A DNA stretch of 64,000 bases, taken from positions 1 to 64,000 of the forward strand of contig JBBRSB010000027.1 in the NCBI GenBank assembly GCA_038245785.1, in the 5' to 3' direction. The first letter of the stretch is position 1. Every line of letters starts with the position of its first letter. The stretch comes from Gloeobacterales cyanobacterium. Its GTDB lineage: Bacteria; Cyanobacteriota; Cyanobacteriia; Gloeobacterales; PMM-0068. This document shows, in pieces, positions 9,755-19,593 of the stretch. The position numbers and the translations under genes are program-made. The notes below the pieces were generated by a model. The model saw only the letters and a program-made list of their open reading frames with translations. It was not told the DNA's origin and searched no databases.

Positions 9755-10651
9755 ATGATTGGAGTCTCTTTCGTACCTGGTTTTGCTTTCCTTGGAGCGC
9801 TCTTTGCCCAGGTCAATGTATCAAGTCCCTTGTCGTCGGCAGTGCAGTCGTTGACCTCCAACCAGTTCAATCTGGTTTACAACGCCTTCTCGTTTGCGAT
9901 CGCGGCAATGTTTGCATCAGCCCTCTTCTTCTTTAGCGCTCGGGCACAAGTTGGTCAGCGGTATCGACTGGCCCTGCTTATTTCAGCGATTGTTGTGAGT
10001 ATTGCCGGATACCACTACTTCCGGATATTCAATAGCTGGGATGCTGCCTACAGTTTGAAGAACGGCGTGTACTCCCCGACTGGTACCCCATTTAATGATG
10101 CTTATCGGTATGTAGATTGGTTATTGACTGTGCCTCTGCTACTTGTTGAGGCAGTCGCAGTGCTGGGGTTACCTGGAAAAGAGGGAAGACCTTTGCTGAT
10201 TAAACTGGCGGTGGCTGCGGTCTTGATGATTGCTGCGGGCTATCCCGGCGAGATTTCTTCTGACATTACGACTCGCGTCATCTGGGGCACAGTGAGTACG
10301 ATTCCCTTTGCTTACATCCTCTATGTACTGTGGGTTGAATTATCCAAGTCACTTGTGCGTCAGCCTGCGGCTGTGCAAACCTTAGTCCGCAACATGCGGT
10401 TGCTGCTGTTGCTCTCCTGGGGTGTATACCCAATCGCATACCTTCTACCCATGCTTGGGATATCAGGTACCTCTGCGACTGTTGGTGTTCAGCTTGGGTA
10501 CACGATTGCAGACGTGCTGGCAAAGCCCGTGTTTGGCCTTCTGATCTTTGCAATCGCAGTCGTAAAGACAAAGGTTGATCAGGAAAGTGGTGAGCCACAT
10601 GTTGCAGCAGATTCCGCTGCAAATCGATTGGGAGGCAGCCTGGTCTCCTAA
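9755..10651 (+). CDS. Gloeobacter-rhodopsin/xanthorhodopsin-type light-driven proton pump
   Basis: 7-TM protein; RYVDWLLTVPLLLVE (DTE motif), AGYHYF His, GYPGE, retinal-binding DVLAK; 298 aa. Confidence 0.95.
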   Translation: MIGVSFVPGFAFLGALFAQVNVSSPLSSAVQSLTSNQFNLVYNAFSFAIAAMFASALFFFSARAQVGQRYRLALLISAIVVSIAGYHYFRIFNSWDAAYSLKNGVYSPTGTPFNDAYRYVDWLLTVPLLLVEAVAVLGLPGKEGRPLLIKLAVAAVLMIAAGYPGEISSDITTRVIWGTVSTIPFAYILYVLWVELSKSLVRQPAAVQTLVRNMRLLLLLSWGVYPIAYLLPMLGISGTSATVGVQLGYTIADVLAKPVFGLLIFAIAVVKTKVDQESGEPHVAADSAANRLGGSLVS

Positions 10652-10679
10652 GAAAGGAATATAGGTGACTACTCCAGGG

Positions 10680-10729
10680 AGGGGGGAAAGAGAATGTTCC
10701 AGCAGGGACACACCTCTTTCCCCCCTTTT
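10680..10729 (+). terminator. Intrinsic terminator-like hairpin after rhodopsin
   Basis: AGGGGGGAAAGAG ... CTCTTTCCCCCCT inverted repeat followed by T-run. Confidence 0.6.
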
Positions 10730-11067
10730 CACACCTCACGGTACGGTAAATGTCGTCATTCTCACAGTATTTGTCGCGAGCAAAAGATAGGAATCTCTTG
10801 ATTGGCCCTAGCCCTACTTAGTAATGCTGGCTTACGTAAAGGCTTGAACGTTGTGTAAAGACCGAGGATGATCATTTTTTAGACAAAGTACAAGCTTGAA
10901 AGAAAGACAGGCTCTTCCACCTGTACTGACGGACTCCAAGAAACTGAACGGTATCTTGATTAGTACTCTCTATGATGCCTGGCCCGAATTGATAATGCCG
11001 CTAAAAGTGATAGCCGCTCAACTGCGCGAAAAGGTATCTACAATTAATTTTTAAGAAAGAGGTCTAA

Positions 11068-11283
11068 ATGATTTACACCGACTATATTCGATTCGTCCAC
11101 TTTTTGAAGATGGATTTACAAATTTCCGAACGGGCCATTGCGTTTGCCGAGCGTGTGTATAAAAGAATTTATCCCCTTGAGGAAAATCAAAGATCTAACC
11201 TGCTCTCGATAATTCTTTGGCAGCATGGTCTATTGACCATTGAACAGTTAAATCGCAGTTTTGTCTGGCTAGAAGATGTCTAA
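11068..11283 (+). CDS. DUF2949 family protein
   Basis: FL..DLQIS..AI...LSIILWQHGLLTIEQL...F.WL pattern. Confidence 0.75.
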   Translation: MIYTDYIRFVHFLKMDLQISERAIAFAERVYKRIYPLEENQRSNLLSIILWQHGLLTIEQLNRSFVWLEDV

Positions 11284-11286
11284 GAA

Positions 11287-11920
11287 GTGATAGCTTCTGC
11301 ATTTAATGTTAAAAATCTTAATGGAGGTTCTCCAGAGCTTGAAGTTCTTTGGAGAAAAGGCGCAAGCGTTAGATCTGCAAATCGTTCCGACTTTATAAAG
11401 ATACTATCTCCAATGCAAAAAATGCCCAAACTTGAATCTCTTGATAGTACGATACCCACTCATGTTTTCGCCAACTTTAATATTCAGATTCAGATATCGA
11501 TTCTGAATTTAAAACTAGATACATGTTTCTTCTGTTTCTGAAACCAGAGTAACTATTCCGTGCCATAAATGTAGTGCCTCAGTTGAAATTTTAGAAATAA
11601 ATAATATAGACCTAGAGAAAATATCTCTTCCTGTTTCAATGGTCGAAGTAATCCATGCTAACGAATATCTTTCTTATAAACTAGACTCTGTCAATATCTA
11701 ACCCTCAAGTACTCAACTCACTATAGATGGAGCCAATAAGATTATCCTTACAGGACAGGAAAAAATAAAAGCATATAGTATCAAAGTCCATGTAAAACTC
11801 ATGGCTGATGAAGCTGAACTTCTTATCCCAATTAGTATGACGTTTGTGAAATCACACTATAGTCAACCTAATCGACGTCAATGGGTCTTAGAACATCAGA
11901 GTCTTGGGAAGAATATCTAA
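11287..11920 (+). pseudogene. Degraded AT-rich gene of unknown family
   Basis: Frame from about 11550 to 11920 open except for TAA at 11699-11701, with CHKC motif; preceded by ORF 11287-11541 in another frame. Confidence 0.35.
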
Positions 11921-11959
11921 GAATTTCTTGGGAGATATCATTGAATAACCTCAAATACT

Positions 11960-13147
11960 CTAACTACTAGCCCAAGCTCTCAAATTACGAACCAAGGCAT
12001 CAGACAACCAGTTAACCCCCACTTGCCATTGATGCTTACTGCTGGGCATCCGTCCCAAATAGACTAAACGCCGCAAGATATGGGCCACAGAGCCGGAAAT
12101 ACCGTAACCCAGAATCGAAGCTGCTGCTTGCGTCGTACCCAGACTGATCAGCGTTCCTAACTCGAAGTAGCGGAAGTCGAGCAGAGGCCGACCGTGAATG
12201 CTAGCCCAAATATTCCAGGCACAAAAGTCTGCTTGTTGATAGGCAACCTGGGCGCTTATAGGTGCTTTTTTACCTTCGGGCAATGGACAATTGGCTAGGT
12301 CACCCAGAGCGAAAACGCGGGGATAGTTCGTAGATTGCAAGGTGCTTGTGGTTTGGATATAGCCTCGCTCATCTTGTTCCAAAGGCGATTGGGTAATCAG
12401 TTCTGGTACAGCCGTTCCCACCGTCCAAAGCACCAGACCCGCAGGCAAAGTCTCTGTCACCTCTCCGTCGACACTGCGATAAACAATACCCTCTTGTGTG
12501 ATTTCTTCAATCACTTTTTCCATCTTGAGATGAACATCCCGGTCCTCTAAGGCTTTGAGCGCTGGTTTGCGCAGATTTTCATCAAAATTGGGCAGGACAA
12601 TATCTGCGCGGTCTAGCAAGGTGATGATGCCCTTGGAGCCCAAACGGTCCCCAATTTTACAGGCCAGTTCTACGCCACTGGCTCCTGCTCCGACAATCGC
12701 CACTCGCACCGATTCTTTCTGTTCCAATTCTCGCAAGCGTTGCTCTACGCGCTGAGCATGAGCTAGAGACCGAAAAGGAATCGCATACTCAGATACCCCT
12801 TTAATGCCAAAGGAAGGAGTCTGTCCCCCAATAGCTACAACCAGATAATCCCCTTCTAGCGTCCGACCATCCGTCAACATACAGGATTGACTATCCGGGT
12901 CAATCGCTTTGATTTCACCCTGGATAAATTCTACGCCTGTTCCTTCCAGAACTTCGACCAGCGGAGGGGCAATTTCCCAAGTCTGGAGTTCACCCGTCAA
13001 AAGCTCATAGAGCAAGGGGACAAACAAAAAACGGTCTTCCCGGTCCACCAAAGTAATTTGAGGACGCTCTCCCTTCCAGGGATATTGAGAAAGGGCCAGG
13101 GCTGTATAGAGCCCTCCAAAACCTGCACCAAGGATGAGAATCTTCAT
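11960..13147 (-). CDS. ndbB: Type II NAD(P)H dehydrogenase family (NdbB-like)
   Basis: MKILILGAGFGGLY, F.PLLYELL, VGAGASGVELA, FALGD, AQVAYQQA..AWNIWA; start set at Met 13147. Confidence 0.8.
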   Translation of the reverse strand: MKILILGAGFGGLYTALALSQYPWKGERPQITLVDREDRFLFVPLLYELLTGELQTWEIAPPLVEVLEGTGVEFIQGEIKAIDPDSQSCMLTDGRTLEGDYLVVAIGGQTPSFGIKGVSEYAIPFRSLAHAQRVEQRLRELEQKESVRVAIVGAGASGVELACKIGDRLGSKGIITLLDRADIVLPNFDENLRKPALKALEDRDVHLKMEKVIEEITQEGIVYRSVDGEVTETLPAGLVLWTVGTAVPELITQSPLEQDERGYIQTTSTLQSTNYPRVFALGDLANCPLPEGKKAPISAQVAYQQADFCAWNIWASIHGRPLLDFRYFELGTLISLGTTQAAASILGYGISGSVAHILRRLVYLGRMPSSKHQWQVGVNWLSDALVRNLRAWASS

Positions 13148-13193
13148 ACTATCCAGGCTATCAAGGTTCCCTTCGGACGGCTCGTTTAGTTTT

Positions 13194-13661
13194 TTAGCTG
13201 TACTTGATCGCTCGGTCGATTTCTCGCTTGGCTTCCTTCTTCTTGAGGTCTTCCCGCTTGTCATAAAGTTTTTTCCCTCGGGCTATTCCTAGGTCTACTT
13301 TAATCCATCCATCTTTGAGGTATAGCTTGAGCGGGACAAGGGTCAGGCCCTTTTCATCCACCGAACCTAGGAGTTTGCGGATCTCAGCACGGTGCATCAG
13401 GAGTTTGCGGTCACGGGTGGGGTCATGGCCAAAGACCTGTCCTTGGGATACGGCCAACGGAGAAATATGCATATTGAGCAGATAGACTTCTCCCCTCCGT
13501 ATCCGAGCAAAAGCATCCCGCAGGTTGACCCTTCCTGCCCGAATCGATTTGACCTCGCTACCCTGAAGCTCAATCCCTGCCTGAAAAGTTTGTAAAATTT
13601 CAAAATCAGCGCGGGCTTTGCGGTTATCCGCGAGTATTTTAATGCCTTCTGTTTTTGCCAT
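13194..13661 (-). CDS. smpB: SsrA-binding protein SmpB
   Basis: [34 protein letters not shown]. Confidence 0.98.
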   Translation of the reverse strand: MAKTEGIKILADNRKARADFEILQTFQAGIELQGSEVKSIRAGRVNLRDAFARIRRGEVYLLNMHISPLAVSQGQVFGHDPTRDRKLLMHRAEIRKLLGSVDEKGLTLVPLKLYLKDGWIKVDLGIARGKKLYDKREDLKKKEAKREIDRAIKYS

Positions 13662-13866
13662 GACTCAAATAGACGCAGTGATCCATTGTAGAAGAGCGTA
13701 GTGCTTGCGCGATACAAGCGTACGATTCTGTCCTTTTCGTGAGCTGCCCCTTACCTAGTTGTATTGACCTGCTCTGGGTGCTGTATCGTTCAAACTGATG
13801 AGGCAGCTCTATACTCTGAAAAAGCAATCAGCGAGAAGATTACGAGGGTGGAGGAGGGGCGGACTC

Positions 13867-14145
13867 TTATAAGTTTTCTGGATTCGAGGTTACTTGAGTT
13901 GCGGCCTCAATTTCCTCTATAGGAAGATGCAGTGCTTGGGCTATTTGCTCCAAACTAAGGCCGAGCTTGAGCAATTCAGGCACGGTTTCCAGCTTGCCTT
14001 CTCGCTTACCTTCCCGTCTGCCTTCCAGCTTGCCTTCTTGCTTTCCTTCTAACCGGCCTTCCTGCTCTATTGACTGATAGAGCCTAGATTGCTTGAACTC
14101 GCTTTCTGTTATCGTCAGCATTTCCTCTATCTCCTCTTTGCTCAT
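13867..14145 (-). pseudogene. C-terminal fragment of Rpn/DUF2887-type protein
   Basis: SKEEIEEML..FKQSRLYQ..(EGxx)n..VPELLKLGLSLEQIAQAL; nuclease N-terminus absent. Confidence 0.7.
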
Positions 14146-14493
14146 ACTAGAAAACTATTAGTATGCTTGCTAATCCAATAGTGCCAACAAATGATACGAA
14201 AGGTTCAATGTTCCAGCACTTTATAGGCTCATTATTATCCATTCGTGACAAGTCCCTAATGTTTTTCACATCCCCTGAAGAATCCTTTACTAATATCCAT
14301 AGGCGAGGGAGTTTTATCCCTAGTAATAATTAGATTTCCCTTCTTTGTCCAATTTCCTTAGCTGTTCACATTTCGGCCTGAAGCAAAGCCACTTTCGGCT
14401 AATGGTGTCTGCCTTGCCAGAAAGTTTGGCTCGTTGCTTTGCGTTCAGCCTTATCGTTTCTGTTCCGTTCAACGAGAAGACGCTAACCCTATT

Positions 14494-15336
14494 TCAATCC
14501 CTAAATGGCTGCAACGCCGTCATCAGTTCCTGGCAGCTTTGGGGACGTTGGTGTGGGTCTAAAGCCGTGGCAGAGAGGATTATAGGAATCAGGGCGGAGG
14601 GAATGCCCGTCTCTTCTAAGCCCATCAGACTTCGTGCTCTCGGGTTGTAAAAATGGGTAGGCGGCTGTCGGGTGAGGAGGTAGACCAGCGTAGTACCGAT
14701 GCCATAAATATCGGATTGCAGACAAGGGCGTCCCTGATTCTGTTCTGGAGCGCCATAGCCGGGAGTTGCAATCCGAGTTCCGGGGGCACTTCCCACTTCT
14801 TTCACGGCTCCAAAGTCAATCAGCACAATTTGGCGAGGGCTATGGCGCAGGATAAGATTGGCGGGCTTGATATCACGGTGGATGACGCCCCGTTCGTGCA
14901 AATAACTCAAAATCTCGCAGGCTTCCAGCATCCAGCCCACAGCCTGCCCTACATCAACAGGCTGTATTTGCTCTAAGGTTGGTCCGTGGATCAGCTCCAT
15001 GACGAGGGAATAGTGTTCATCAGTGCAGAAAAAATCATAGAACTTGGGAATGCCAGGATGCTGTAGCGCTTGCAGGGCTTGGGCTTCCCGCATAAATAAC
15101 TCACGGGCTTTAGCCTTACGCGATAGGTCGGCATTGATCTCTTTCAGCACAGCCAACCGATGAACCTGGGGATTGTATACCCGATAGGTCGTACTCATCC
15201 CCCCTTGGACCAGAACATCTATAACTTCGTATTCCCAGCCTTTTTCAGGATTGCGCAGGGTTCCCTGGCTGTGCAACAGACGGCCACAGGTCCTACAGAA
15301 TCGAACCTCAGGAGGATTTAGCTGACAACATTCCAA
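14494..15336 (-). CDS. Ser/Thr protein kinase (soluble, N-terminal Cys motif), last gene of the CIS sheath-tube operon
   Basis: QGGMS, VLKE, HRDIKPAN, DFG, APE; AAGGAGG upstream of TTG start. Confidence 0.92.
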   Translation of the reverse strand: MECCQLNPPEVRFCRTCGRLLHSQGTLRNPEKGWEYEVIDVLVQGGMSTTYRVYNPQVHRLAVLKEINADLSRKAKARELFMREAQALQALQHPGIPKFYDFFCTDEHYSLVMELIHGPTLEQIQPVDVGQAVGWMLEACEILSYLHERGVIHRDIKPANLILRHSPRQIVLIDFGAVKEVGSAPGTRIATPGYGAPEQNQGRPCLQSDIYGIGTTLVYLLTRQPPTHFYNPRARSLMGLEETGIPSALIPIILSATALDPHQRPQSCQELMTALQPFRD

Positions 15337-15380
15337 AGCGGACCCTCCTTACTGGGTTTACCAGGGCGATAAGTCCTAAC

Positions 15381-15572
15381 CTACATAACATTCCAAATAT
15401 CTTCTGTGGATGAACTTTCTCCCTGTTGATTGATTCTACTGATTTGGGATACCCAGCGCTGACGATCGGGATGTTCTAAGTTCAGAATGTCATCCTGAGA
15501 CCAGTGGAAATGAAAAGCGATGAAGGCTACCTCCTCGTACAGTCGAGCGGAGGGGTAGCCTAAGATTCCCCC
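15381..15572 (-). CDS. DUF6760 family CIS protein (probable frameshift extension of tail chaperone)
   Basis: YP..RLYEEVAFIAFHFHWS..DILNLEH.DR.RWV..I..IN; frame is -1 to the upstream chaperone at GGGGGAA. Confidence 0.8.
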   Translation of the reverse strand, partial: GGILGYPSARLYEEVAFIAFHFHWSQDDILNLEHPDRQRWVSQISRINQQGESSSTEDIWNVM

Positions 15573-15940
15573 GATAGGGCAAGCTCCACATTGAAGTGGG
15601 CACTGCACTGAGGACATTGGGTTGGAATATGGGCCTCTCCCTGCTGATTGATTCGGTTATAGAACTCTCGCAAATAGGCAATGTCACGGGCGAATAAGCC
15701 TTCTAAAAGTTGGGGCGTCACCGCAGTTAAACTTCCTAATCGGGTAATCACCCGTGAAAGCATAACCAGGACGCTATAGGCAGCATTATCTTGAACCAAA
15801 CGGTCTTTTTGGACCAGAATTTCATCTTTGGCGGTGGACAAACGCATCACCCCCTGACGATGGACATGCCCTTGTGCATCCACCAATCCCCTCGGCAGGA
15901 TGAAATCAAATTCAGTTTGGAGTGTACTTTTACGGCGCAT
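15560..15940 (-). CDS. Phage-tail assembly chaperone (CIS), copy 2, with C-terminal CPQC
   Basis: LQTEFDFILPRGLVD..G.MRL.TAKDEI..LSRVITRLG..YLREFY.RIN; start at Met 15940. Confidence 0.85.
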   Translation of the reverse strand: MRRKSTLQTEFDFILPRGLVDAQGHVHRQGVMRLSTAKDEILVQKDRLVQDNAAYSVLVMLSRVITRLGSLTAVTPQLLEGLFARDIAYLREFYNRINQQGEAHIPTQCPQCSAHFNVELALSGES

Positions 15941-16001
15941 TGGATGGTTCCAAAATTGAACGAAGGTTTCCCCTATCAAGGGGAACTTGAGATTTAGCTG
16001 G

Positions 16002-16364
16002 TTACCCCTCCTTATTGCTAGGCGTAAGCCTTCCCGGAGGGTGGGGGACAGGGGGGATCTCTTTAGGCGCACCACCATCTAAATCATTAATATGGCGATA
16101 AAACTGCTGTAGGTAATTTAAATCTCCTGCAAAAAAACCTTCTACAACTGAGGGGGTTACCTCGTCTACGGCCCCTAGCTTAGTAATCACACGAGACAAA
16201 ATAATCACTGTCGCATAGGCAGGATTGGATTTAACCCGAGGGTCGCGCAAGGGAGCAATTTCATCCATCGCTCTGGATAGACGCATCACTCCTTTGCGGT
16301 GAAGATTACCTTCATCATCCAGGTAGCCTTTTGGAAGTGTAAATTCAAATTCAGTCTGGAGCAT
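16002..16364 (-). CDS. Phage-tail assembly chaperone (CIS), copy 1
   Basis: MLQTEFEFTLPKGYLD..GVMRL..DEI.PLRDPRV..NPAY; paralog of 15560-15940. Confidence 0.85.
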   Translation of the reverse strand: MLQTEFEFTLPKGYLDDEGNLHRKGVMRLSRAMDEIAPLRDPRVKSNPAYATVIILSRVITKLGAVDEVTPSVVEGFFAGDLNYLQQFYRHINDLDGGAPKEIPPVPHPPGRLTPSNKEG

Positions 16365-16370
16365 AAAAAC

Positions 16371-16883
16371 CTACACTTTGTCTCGGATTAACTCTTCAAC
16401 AGCAATCCCTAACTCTTCAATTTCAAACTCAGTGCTCTTTGCACTGACATCAGCAATTTTGAAAATAGTGGGCCAAGCTCTTTTGAACTGGAGCCTAGCG
16501 GTTTCTTTTCCTGCTTGGTTAAAGATAGTCAGAGAACCATCTTTTCGTTGCTTTCCTTCAGCCCACTCTCCTTTTTGGGTCTTTTCGAACCAATCCCAAA
16601 AAGTCATGGAATCACTTGTTCCTCGACGGAGAGTAATGTTGTCATACTTAGTATTTCCAGGAACTTTAGTGCGGACAACCTCTCCTTTATTGTTGCCTTT
16701 GCCCCATGGGCTGGGAGTTACTTCACAAATTTCAACCACCTGCTGGGTAGCTTTGAATCCTTTGCACTCGAAAAAAATGGCATCTACAGGGTCTTTTGAG
16801 CCATCAAGTTTTAGCTCTAGGTAAAAACGACAAGCAGTTAAGAACTCATAAGGTTTCTTTTCCATTGGAGATAGTTGTGCCAT
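16371..16883 (-). CDS. CIS tail tube protein (T4 gp19-like)
   Basis: RFYLEL..F.EC.G..KVPG..KY.NITLRRG..FWDWF..RKDGSL..AWP. Confidence 0.9.
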   Translation of the reverse strand: MAQLSPMEKKPYEFLTACRFYLELKLDGSKDPVDAIFFECKGFKATQQVVEICEVTPSPWGKGNNKGEVVRTKVPGNTKYDNITLRRGTSDSMTFWDWFEKTQKGEWAEGKQRKDGSLTIFNQAGKETARLQFKRAWPTIFKIADVSAKSTEFEIEELGIAVEELIRDKV

Positions 16884-16901
16884 GGCCTATCCATTCCTCA
16901 T

Positions 16902-17372
16902 CTACTGAACACGTTTGAAGGTCTCATAGGTTAGAACGACTGTTTCGATAGCCCATTCAGTCCCCGTTGCATTGAAATTAGGGCCTGAGTACTTACGAGG
17001 ATAACAATTCTGTAATTCCCAGATAGCTTCAACCGAGCCATCCTGTTTGAAAGCACTGATCTGAACCCGTTGTCGACCAGGATTGTCCTTCCACTTGTTC
17101 CCTTTGTCGTACTGATTCGTTTTGGAATACCATTGCCAAACGTCATCATCATTAGAGGAAACAAACTTAATCGTAACCTCACCGTTTTTCTCTAGCGTGG
17201 GTGTTGATTGCCAAACATGGGTTCCTGTTTTATCACAGCCAATGGGGTCCCCTTTGCCAGCAACGGGAGATTCCGTTGAAATATTGCTAATCTCCCGAAT
17301 CGCTTTTTCAGTAACTTTATCGCTCTGCCAATAAAAGCGACATTGAGTTAAAAATTCATCTGGTTTTGCCAC
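16902..17372 (-). CDS. CIS tail tube protein (gp19-like), divergent paralog
   Basis: Paralog of 17389-17847; EFLT.CRFY..WELQNCYPRKYSGP.F.A..IETVVL.YE. Confidence 0.85.
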   Translation of the reverse strand: MAKPDEFLTQCRFYWQSDKVTEKAIREISNISTESPVAGKGDPIGCDKTGTHVWQSTPTLEKNGEVTIKFVSSNDDDVWQWYSKTNQYDKGNKWKDNPGRQRVQISAFKQDGSVEAIWELQNCYPRKYSGPNFNATGTEWAIETVVLTYETFKRVQ

Positions 17373-17388
17373 AGTTTCATCCCCTTAT

Positions 17389-17847
17389 TTACATGACACG
17401 TTTGATACCTTCATGGACCAATTCCAGGGTTTCATTAGCCATGTCCCCGGTGGAGGCGCTGAAGGTTGGACCGACATACTTGCAGGGGTAGGCATTGACT
17501 ATTTCCCAGCGAGCTTGCATCGTGCCCGCTTGGTCATAGGCCGTTACTGAAGCTGCTTTGCGGCTACTCTTCCAAGAAGAGCCCCCTGCATCGTTTTTGT
17601 TACACTTCTCATACCACTGATAGAGATCCATCTCATTAGTAGCGATTAGTTTAACGGTGACATTATTGAACTTTTCATTGGTGGGCGTGGCTTGGCGGGC
17701 TTTGACCCCACCTTTACCAGAACCATGAGGCTGAGCACCTCCACCGACGGGAGATTCCGAAGCAAGACCGTAAATCTCCCGAATCATCTTGTCAGTGATG
17801 CCATCGGCTTCAAAGTAGAACTTACAACTGGTTAAAAATTCAGCCAT
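17389..17847 (-). CDS. CIS tail tube protein (gp19-like), probable major tube
   Basis: KFYFEADG..LYQWY..RK..SVTAYDQ..RWEI.NAYP.KY.GP..ETLELVHEG; adjacent to sheath. Confidence 0.88.
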   Translation of the reverse strand: MAEFLTSCKFYFEADGITDKMIREIYGLASESPVGGGAQPHGSGKGGVKARQATPTNEKFNNVTVKLIATNEMDLYQWYEKCNKNDAGGSSWKSSRKAASVTAYDQAGTMQARWEIVNAYPCKYVGPTFSASTGDMANETLELVHEGIKRVM

Positions 17848-17894
17848 GGATTGACTCCTGGGATTAACTCCTGTTTACGTACTTGTTCGTTCAC

Positions 17895-19565
17895 TTATTC
17901 GTTCTCCTCACGGCCACTCCACTGGGTGATCCGGAAGATGATGAATTCTGCGGGTCGGACGGGACAAACTCCAATCTCCACATACAAGCGACCCAAAATC
18001 ATCGTTTCAGGCGTGTTCAGCTCTGCATCACATTTGACATAGAACGCTTCTTCCGGCGTGGACCCGAACAGGGCTCCTTCCCGCCAGATCCGCTCTAGGA
18101 AATTGCTAATCGTCCGCTTGACACGCATCCAGAGGTCTTCATCGTTAGGTTCAAAGACTGCCCACTGAGTACCAAGTTCAATCGATTTTTCGATGTAGCT
18201 AATCAGTCGACGAACGCTGATATAACGCCATTCCGTCTTGTCCGGTTCGACGAGCGTCCTCGCTCCCCAAATACGGATGCCTCGGTTCGGGAAAGAACGA
18301 ATGCAGTTAATCCCAATCGGGTTGAGCAGTTCTTGTTCGCGGAAGTTGACTTCATAGCCTAGGCCAAGGACACCCCGTGGCACTTCGTTGGCTGGCGCTT
18401 TGTAGACGCCTCGGGTTTCATCGGTACGGCCCCAAACACCCATCATGTGGCCGCAGGGAGGGACAAGAATTGGTCTACCGTTATTGCGCGGATTGGCCAC
18501 TTTAATCCACGGGTAGTAGAGAGCCGCAAACATAGAACGGCGGTTAAAGGCACTCAACCACTGGACTACATCCTGAGGTTTGGTGCGGTCTGGAGGTGGA
18601 TCGAGCAAGACCATCCGGTTTGGCGGGTTGGGCACATCGCCATTGGCAGCCCCTTCGCACAGACTGACCATCAGTTCCATGATGCCGTGGACCTGTTCCA
18701 AATCTAGAAGCTCTGCTTCATAGGCCCGCATCAGGTCTGGGCAAGCCAGCATCGTGATTTCATCAATCTCAAAAATGCCGCGTACACCCGTGCGGTCATC
18801 CCGCGCTCCTTCAACATTCCGCGAAAAGCGCTCTGGGGAGGAGGCAACTGGAGGCGGACTCAGCTCATAGACCCCATTGCCAGGTCTGCGGGCCAAAGGC
18901 CGTCCGGTTTGAGAGAGATCCTGGACCGATATATAGGCAGAAGTTTGCAGGGCCGTAGCCACATAGGTCGCCACCTGCGCGGCAGCTTCTCGGTTCATTG
19001 TCAGGTGGTCAAATCTTTCTAGGACTTGGTCTTCCCGACGAATGATGACAGAAAAGTATTCACCCGTGTTGGCGGGCGCTTCTGCTTCTGGGGTTTCTGT
19101 CCCTTCAGGCAGCGCACGCGGTCCGCTATCCGCAATCGCTACAGCAACGGGGCCAAAAGCCGCCTGTTCAGGCCGCAGACCAAAGCTAAGCGAGGGACGG
19201 TTGCCCCGGCTTTGAATCTGTAACCCCGTATAGGTTGATTCCCGAGGCTGGACTGTACCCGGCAGCTGGGTACCAACACTGGTAATCCAACAGCGGCCTC
19301 CACCATTGAGGAAGTAGCCATATACCGCAAAGGGCAAGTAGGCATTGAAATCGGTAAAGCCATCAGAACCGGCACGGGCGAAATAGTTTTGATACTGAGT
19401 CCAGGTGGTGACCAGCATCGGTTTGAAGAGTTCGGCACCACCGCGTACATCTTCCGTAAAACCGACAAAGCCAGCAATAGCCGTACTGACTCCTTCAATC
19501 GGGCGACTGCCCCGGTCTATCTCTTCAACGTAGACGCCAGGGGCAAAGTAATCCAGTCTTGGCAT
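17895..19565 (-). CDS. CIS contractile tail sheath protein
   Basis: Y.APGVYVEE..PIEGVST..AGFVG; AALYYPWI; GVYKAPANE; WGART; FEPND; PVRPAEF. Confidence 0.97.
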   Translation of the reverse strand: MPRLDYFAPGVYVEEIDRGSRPIEGVSTAIAGFVGFTEDVRGGAELFKPMLVTTWTQYQNYFARAGSDGFTDFNAYLPFAVYGYFLNGGGRCWITSVGTQLPGTVQPRESTYTGLQIQSRGNRPSLSFGLRPEQAAFGPVAVAIADSGPRALPEGTETPEAEAPANTGEYFSVIIRREDQVLERFDHLTMNREAAAQVATYVATALQTSAYISVQDLSQTGRPLARRPGNGVYELSPPPVASSPERFSRNVEGARDDRTGVRGIFEIDEITMLACPDLMRAYEAELLDLEQVHGIMELMVSLCEGAANGDVPNPPNRMVLLDPPPDRTKPQDVVQWLSAFNRRSMFAALYYPWIKVANPRNNGRPILVPPCGHMMGVWGRTDETRGVYKAPANEVPRGVLGLGYEVNFREQELLNPIGINCIRSFPNRGIRIWGARTLVEPDKTEWRYISVRRLISYIEKSIELGTQWAVFEPNDEDLWMRVKRTISNFLERIWREGALFGSTPEEAFYVKCDAELNTPETMILGRLYVEIGVCPVRPAEFIIFRITQWSGREENE

Positions 19566-19593
19566 GAGGGTCTCCCTTTAAATTAGGTCTAAG

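Noticed and set aside
13148..13264. N-terminal extension of the NDH-2 ORF overlapping smpB
   Set aside because: The Rossmann motif starts at Met 13147; the extension is an alternative frame of the smpB 3' end
13662..13866. tmRNA (ssrA) next to smpB
   Set aside because: No tRNA-like GGGGC...CCACCA ends or tag reading frame found
15941..16078. Long N-terminus of chaperone 2 in the ORF track
   Set aside because: Overlaps chaperone 1; paralog alignment supports a start at 15940
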